From NCBI GenBank assembly GCA_951406725.2, contig OX597837.1:10726001-10790000 (forward strand): 64,000 nt of DNA, written 5' to 3'. Positions 42,184 to 64,000 of the stretch are shown here, one piece after another. Position 1 is the first letter of the stretch; the number at the start of each line of letters is the position of its first letter. A program made the position numbers and the translations under genes. This DNA comes from Octopus vulgaris. Taxonomy: Eukaryota. Under the pieces are notes generated by a model. It saw only the letters and a list, made by a program, of their open reading frames with translations, was not told the origin of the DNA and ran no database searches.

Positions 42184-43041
42184 CATATTTAACCATTATC
42201 TAGCACCACCTGTGGATCCATGATGTTGTAAGAGTATTGACTTGTCTTTGCTTCGTGGTGTATTCATCAGTGGAGAGGTGGTGTATGTACTTAGGGGCTT
42301 TGTGCACTTGCTTCTGGAAACCGCCCAGGCACAGTAAACGTGGTTCACTCACTTCCTCTGCAATTCTGTCAACCAGTGGCGGCTCCTGTACAGGCACTGC
42401 GGAACAGCAGCTCCCCCTATTTCCACTCGATATTATCGATAATATTCAATATAATGAATCCTTTTTTCTTTTAATTCTTTCTTTATCCTTGTAAATTGTA
42501 TAATCCTTGAGCTTAATGTCAGTAGCCATCCCCTAGTTTATGAAAAATGCCCTGTGAGTAGATTTGGTAAACGTATGTACGTATGTGTTTATGTATGTAT
42601 GTATTTATGTATGTATGTATGTATTTTTTTTTTTTTGTACTCGTTTCAGTCATTTGACTGCGGCCATGCTGGAGCACCGCCTTTAGAGTGGTGAAAGAGT
42701 ACAGCAGGGATCACCACCATCCCCTGCCGGAGCTTCGTGGAGCTTTTAGGTGTTTTCGCTCAATAAACACACACAACGCCCGGTCTGGGAATCGAAACCG
42801 CGATCCTCCGACCGCAAGTCTGCTGCCCTAACCACTGGGCCATTGCATGTTATAAATAATAATAATAATAATAATAACAACAACAACAACAACAATGATA
42901 TAATAATAATAATAATAATAATATATTAATCAGCCGAAATTGCGAGGATGATCTGGTTCTTGACTGAAGATTGAAGGCTTCGAATGTCCGTGTTTTTTGT
43001 ATCGTCTTCTGGATGTTTTGCGTTCTTGTCCCAGTCTGTAT

Positions 43042-43173
<132 letters not shown>

Positions 43174-43768
43174 GCATTTATGAGTAAAGGACGTCACCAA
43201 CGGTGCAAATAACAGGAAATACGTAAACAACGAGAGAAAAATGGAAAACAAAACAAGTAAACACAGAGAAAGGCCCCAACCCCATCAGTTGTCGGCTGTC
43301 TATCAACTCCATATTTCGTACGCGCGCGCGCTTGTGTGTGTTTTGTGCTTATCCCCCAACGCTTGGCACCCGATGCTGGTTTGTTCACGTCTCCATATCC
43401 CGGAGGTTCGGCAAAAGAGACCGATAGAAAAAAAGTACCGAACTTTAAGAAAATAATTACTGGATTTGATTTTCGTTTTTGAACAAAACCCTTCAACGTA
43501 GTGCCCCAGCATGGCCGCAGTGTTGTACCTGAAACAAGTAAAAGATAAAAAAATAAAAGATACCGAGCGACCAGGTAGAAGTACTCATCTAGGGTCACAG
43601 GTGATCCGGTGGACGCTCACAGATCCATAGCGCCACCTAGCTGTGAACCTGATAACCATTGAACATCCACTGATCCATTCGAATGAGGATTTGAGAACCA
43701 CACAGCATCTATTGAGCCATAATCCAACGAGCTTAGGTGTAAAGTGCATTTGTTGATCCACATATATA

Positions 43769-44172
43769 CAGGAGTGGCTGTGTGGTAAGTAGCTTGCTTA
43801 CCAACCACATGGTTCCGGGTTCAGTCCCACTGCGTGGCACCTTGGACAAGTGTCTTCTACTATAGCCTCGGGCCGACCAAAGCCTTGTGAGTGGATTTGG
43901 TAGACGGAAACTGAAAGAAGCTCGTCGTATATATGTATATATATATGTGCGTGTGTGTGTTTGTGTGTCTGTGTTTGTCCCCCTAGCATTGCTTGACAAC
44001 CGATGCTGGTGTGTTTATGTCCCCGTCACTTATCGGTTCAGCAAAAAAGACCGATAGAATAAGTACTGGGCTTACAAAAGAATAAGTCCCGGGGTCGAGT
44101 TGCTCGATTAAAGGCGGTACTCCAGCATGGCCACAGTCAAGTGACTGAAACAAGTAAAAAGAGAAAAAGAGA
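43769..44172 (+). mobile_element. SINE family A, full length
   Basis: Same consensus. Confidence 0.85.
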
Positions 44173-44988
44173 GATATCCACTTAGATTCGGACTAAACAA
44201 CTTCTATTCGTCTGTAGCTCCAACAAGCTGAAGGCTAAAGAGAATCTCTTGATCTAGGAGCGGACTGAGCCGTCGGTCAATCGGACACTGCCCGAGGGCC
44301 CGGAGCTCTGAGGGGACAGCACTCTATATGTTAACTCTACCAACCAACATTTCAGGCCTTGTGCCTTTACTAGAAAAGATTATTTTTCTGCTCTCTCTTT
44401 GTCTCTCCCTCTCTGTCTCTCTCTCTTTCTCCCTCTCTCTCTCAATTTATTTCTTCTTCTCTATATATATCTCTCTGTCTCTGTCCCTTCCCCTCTCTCT
44501 CAATCGCTCTCTCTTTCTCTCTCCCAATTTATCTCTCAGTCTCTTTCTGTTGGTCTTTCTCTGTCTCTGTCTCTGTCTCTCTCTCAATTTATCTCTCTTT
44601 CTCTCTATATATCTCTCTGTCTCTTTCTGTTGGTCTTTCTCTGTCTCTGTCTCTGTCTCTGTCTCACTCTCTCTCTCTTTCAATTTATCTCTGCCTCTCT
44701 CTGTATACCTCTTTATCTCTGTCTCCCTCTCTCTCTTTCTCATCTCTCTCTCTTCTGTCTCTATATTTCGCTGTCTGCCTTATCTACTTCTCTCTCTCTC
44801 TCCCTCTTTCTCTCTCCCCTTTCTCCCCCTCTCCCCTCTCTTTCTCTTTCTCTCTAATACCCTCTCTCTCCTTTTTCTCTTTCCCTTTCTCTCTAATACC
44901 CCTCTCTGTCCCCCTCACTCACTATCATTCTTTATACCTTTCTCTTTCATCTAGAATGTTCTCAGCCGCCGTCTGTCTTACATGATTG

Positions 44989-59912
<14,924 letters not shown>

Positions 59913-59944
59913 CAGGAAATGTGGAGTTGCCCTTTTTTTTATGT

Positions 59945-60180
59945 TTAACCCTTCAGCGTTTTTACGGGCCACATCTGGCCCCGAATATTCTACCCGTTTT
60001 ATGATCGAACCGTTCAGATCAGACCTCTCATACCCACCCTCCAATGTCATCCTGAAAATTAAACAACTTTCATCGTCGAAATATCGAAGCTACGAGATAA
60101 TGCATGATTAATTAATTTAAAATTAATTTGAATTAATAAGCATGGTATTTGGCAGAGTAATCTGAATGCCAGAGGTTTAA
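59945..60180. mobile_element. piggyBac-like MITE just 3' of the STAND-TPR stop codon
   Basis: TTAA-cccttcagcgtt ... aatgccagaggt-TTAA (degenerate TIR); related internal sequence at ~7310-7444. Confidence 0.5.
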
Positions 60181-62063
60181 CCACCACCTCCTCCTCCCCA
60201 ATTTAGTGCTGGTTGAGCAGACCTCTGATCGAAAGCAATCCATCTGTGACCATCATGTTTGACTGTGGTGGTCCTTCGTTTTTTAATACGATTGGGTAGG
60301 ACTTGAGAGAAAAGTTATATGATTGTATGTGTGTTTATTTATTTATGTATAAATGTATGTACAGTATCTGCGGACGTGAAGGACGGATGCATGCATGGAT
60401 GGATAGATGGATGGATGGATGGATGGATAGATGGATGGATGGATGGATGGATGGATGGATGGGATGGATGGATGGATGGATGGATGGATGGATGGATGGA
60501 TGGATGGTGGCGAGCTGGCAGAATCGTTAGCACAGCGGGCGAAATGCTTAGCAGTGTTTCGTCTGCTGTTACGTTCTGAGTTCAAATTCCACCGAGGTCA
60601 ACTTTGCCTTTCATGAATTAATTACCATTTACGCACTGGGGTCGATATAATCGACTTAATCCGTTTGTCTGTCCTTGTTTGTCCTCTCTGTGTTTAGCCC
60701 CGTGTGGGTAGTAAAGAAAGGATGGATGGATGGATGGTTGTATGTATGTACGTATGCGTGTATGGATGGATTGATGGATGGATGGATGGATGGACGGATG
60801 GTTGTATGTATGTATGTATGTATGTATGTATGTATATTTAGGCATGTATGTATACACGTATGCGATTTTAGTTTGCGTTTCTTTTTATTTATAAACGTGT
60901 ATTATATATATACTTTAAGTATATGAAGGTGCAAATTTTATAACACTACAAATATTTTGCCTGTGCGCACACACACACACACACAGCCACATACGTACGT
61001 GCGTGTCTGTGTGTGTGTAGAATATATGCATGTGAATTATTTATATGATGAAAGTGAAAGTTCTGGGGAAAGTTAAATTGTGATAGATTGTCGTCATATC
61101 CCGGAGCAAACTCTGTCTGTACAGAAACTAGTATTTAAGGAAGAGCGTTTTATGAACGAACCCCTTGAAAATATCTAAGGAGAAGGGGCTGATTTAAGTT
61201 GAATTTTATACCCGAGAAGGTCCTAGGTTGTTTAACCGAACCAACAATAACAACACAAATGTTTTAATCAAAGATCTCGAAACCAATAAAATATCATGAA
61301 ATGTTTTGTTTTAATTCTTGGTTCAGTTTTTCTTTATCTTTGTTTTTTTATCTTTTATCTTTTGCCGGTTTCAGTCATTAGACTGCGACCATGCTCAGAC
61401 ACCGCCTTAAAGAATTTTTAATCGAATGAACCAACCCCAGGACTTATTTATTTTAAGCTTGGTTCTTATTCAATCGGAATGTGATTACATCTTCTTTGCG
61501 TGAACATGTACCTCCTTCGAAACTGTAACCTTTAATCTAATCAAGATATCCTTGACCTGAAGAGTGGCCGGTGGTATACACCTCACTTGGATTTTACCAC
61601 TTCTGAGGTTCCACTTGCTATGAAACATATGCAGCCTAGATTTTTCCAACTCCATTCCCTCTCTTCTGTTTCTATCTATCTCTCCCCTATCTTTTCTCTT
61701 TTCAAAGAAAATATTTCTCCCAGCATCCTCTATTTTCCTCTCGTTCTGGTCCAGCGACCCTCCATATTTTCTTTCGTTCGGTTTCCCTGTATGCCACCAC
61801 TGTCCTGCTTTTGTTCCCAACTTCGATCCTCCATAAATCCCAAATTTTATTTTGGTATTTATGGCAGCAACTGTCTTCGAAGACTCATATTGTCGTTGAA
61901 TGCTCGAAATGAGGAGTAGATAGACAGCCGGCAGCTGATGAAGGGTCGTTCTTTATGTTACTTGTCCTGTTTTCCATTTTCTCTCCCGTTGTTTGTGTAT
62001 TTAACTGCTTTGTTTTCGTACTTCGTGTTGTTTACACAGTTGGTGACGTCCTGTACCCATATA

Positions 62064-62125
<62 letters not shown>

Positions 62126-62166
62126 TATATGTGTATATATATATATATATGTATGTATACACACAT

Positions 62167-62203
<37 letters not shown>

Positions 62204-62249
62204 ATATATACATACATACATACATAATATATACATAATATATACATAC

Positions 62250-62297
<48 letters not shown>

Positions 62298-62884
62298 GTA
62301 TGTATGTATGTATGTATATATTATTTATAGTATGTATGCATGTATGTATGTATGTATGTATGTATGTATGTATGTATGTATGTATGTATGTATGTATGTA
62401 TGTATGTATGTGTGTATGTATGAATATACACATCTCATACTTATAGAAACGCATACATACACACACACATACATATACACGAACACAAGTCACAGTACCG
62501 TCATAGCCTTTTATTCATTATAAGCAGGATTTCTTTAATAATGTAGTCTGAAATAAGTTGTTTCAAAAAGACGAGATAGTCACGGTCAGAATCGCTTTTG
62601 GTCATCATAGGTCGCCGACTGAACAATAGCTAAACCGCAGTCGAAGCAACTACTCGGAATTGAATACTACAATACGACTAAATTTTTAAAAATGATCAGC
62701 AAGGGAAACAACTCTTTATGTACTGAATGTCGCTGAAAAATACGCCTTTGCAATATTCTTGATGGGCGAAATGCTTAGCGATATTTTTCATGCCGTTACG
62801 ATAATATGGGGAATCAGTTGATCAACTGCTTACAAGACAAATGAGAAACGAAAAATACCGACAGCACATGCACGAGCAACCGTT

Positions 62885-63198
62885 TTATTTATTTATTTAT
62901 GCGCCCTTTTCAAGCCTGGCCAGGCTCATGGCCCGGTTTCCCGGGTTTTGTGGCGCATGTATTCCCCCCAGCTGGACGGGACGCCAGTTCATTGCAGCGT
63001 TACTCAAGAAACAGGAAGAGAGAGTGATAGAAAGTTGGGGCGAAAGAGTACAACAGGGGTTGCCACCACCCTCTGCCGGAGCCTCATGGAGCTTATAGGT
63101 GTTTTCGCTCAATAAACACCCACAACGCCCGGTCTGAGAATCGAAACCGCGATCCTCCGACCGCGAGTCCGCTGCCCTAACCACTGGGCCATTGCACC
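62885..63198 (-). mobile_element. SINE family D (tRNA-like head gcaatggcccagtggttaggg...gtttcgattc)
   Basis: A/B-box-like head and (ATAA)n tail; 5' part also present at 42686-42847. Confidence 0.75.
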
Positions 63199-64000
63199 CC
63201 CCACACAAGCAACCGTTATACCCGCATATTTTCTATTGGACAATCACAGGTGTACAACAAGTGTGATTGGCAAATGAGTGTGTAGCCGCTGCGTGGGTTT
63301 TTAAGGCCAACTACAAAAAAAGGATGAAAGCAAACGAAAAATTGAAAAATCTTAAAATTCTAAACCTTATCTGTTTCAAGCCACCCTGTTTTCACGATAC
63401 TTCAGCATCCCTTAGGGGATCGCGGACCCCACTTTGAGAATCACTGCTTTAAATCTTACGAAGGTCTTGCAGATTTTTATAATCCCAGATACAGTGACCA
63501 TTTGTAACGTATGTATGAAGGACTGGCGTTCTTTCTCCAAGATCCTAACTTCAGCCATACTTTGCTCCAGACGGGTTTGCATGTGTATATGTATGTGTGT
63601 ATGCTATGCATGTGTTGGGGTTTTGCCCCACCAATGCTGGGCAACCAGTGTTGGTTTGTTTACGTTCCTGTAACTTAACGGTTTGACAAAAGTTACCGAT
63701 AGAATGAGTACTGGGCTTATGAAAAATAAGTACTGTGATCGATTTGTTCGACTAAATCCGTCAATGCGGTGCCCCAGCATGGCCGCAGTCCAATGACTAA
63801 AATAAAATATAAAAATGACTAAAGTTATCTCCCCTTAACTGGAAGTATCAATTCTTTCTACTTCGTCCATCTCTGTCTGTCTATCTACCTGTCTGTCTGT
63901 CTGTCTATCTGTCTGACTGTCTATCTATCTGTCTGTCTGTCTGTCTATCTATCTGTCTGTCTGACTCTCTGTCTGTCTAACTGTCTATCTATCTATCTAT

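Overview
Eukaryotic (metazoan) genomic DNA. The extreme density of (TA)n/(TG)n/(TATG)n/(TAGA)n/(GGT)n microsatellites and the tRNA-derived SINE families suggest an octopus-like cephalopod genome (inference). Almost all ORFs in the track are microsatellite or SINE artefacts. One real gene can be assembled by hand: a 10-exon plus-strand CDS (44989-59912, 2544 nt, 847 aa). All nine introns are GT-AG with matching phases, and the product is a STAND-class P-loop NTPase (NB-ARC-like) fused to a TPR array, i.e. an NLR-like architecture with no N-terminal effector domain. The rest of the window is repeat-dominated: CR1/L2-type LINE remnants, a Penelope-like GIY-YIG remnant, a deleted mariner, hAT/piggyBac-type MITEs, a non-autonomous Helitron-like element and many SINEs. 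Less obvious structure includes several short (TA)n-embedded elements carrying minimal hammerhead-ribozyme motifs, long near-perfect hairpins, a 342-bp (114-codon) frame-preserving degenerate tandem repeat, a triplicated CCAAT/ETS/GATA module and promoter-like first-exon signatures on the minus strand.
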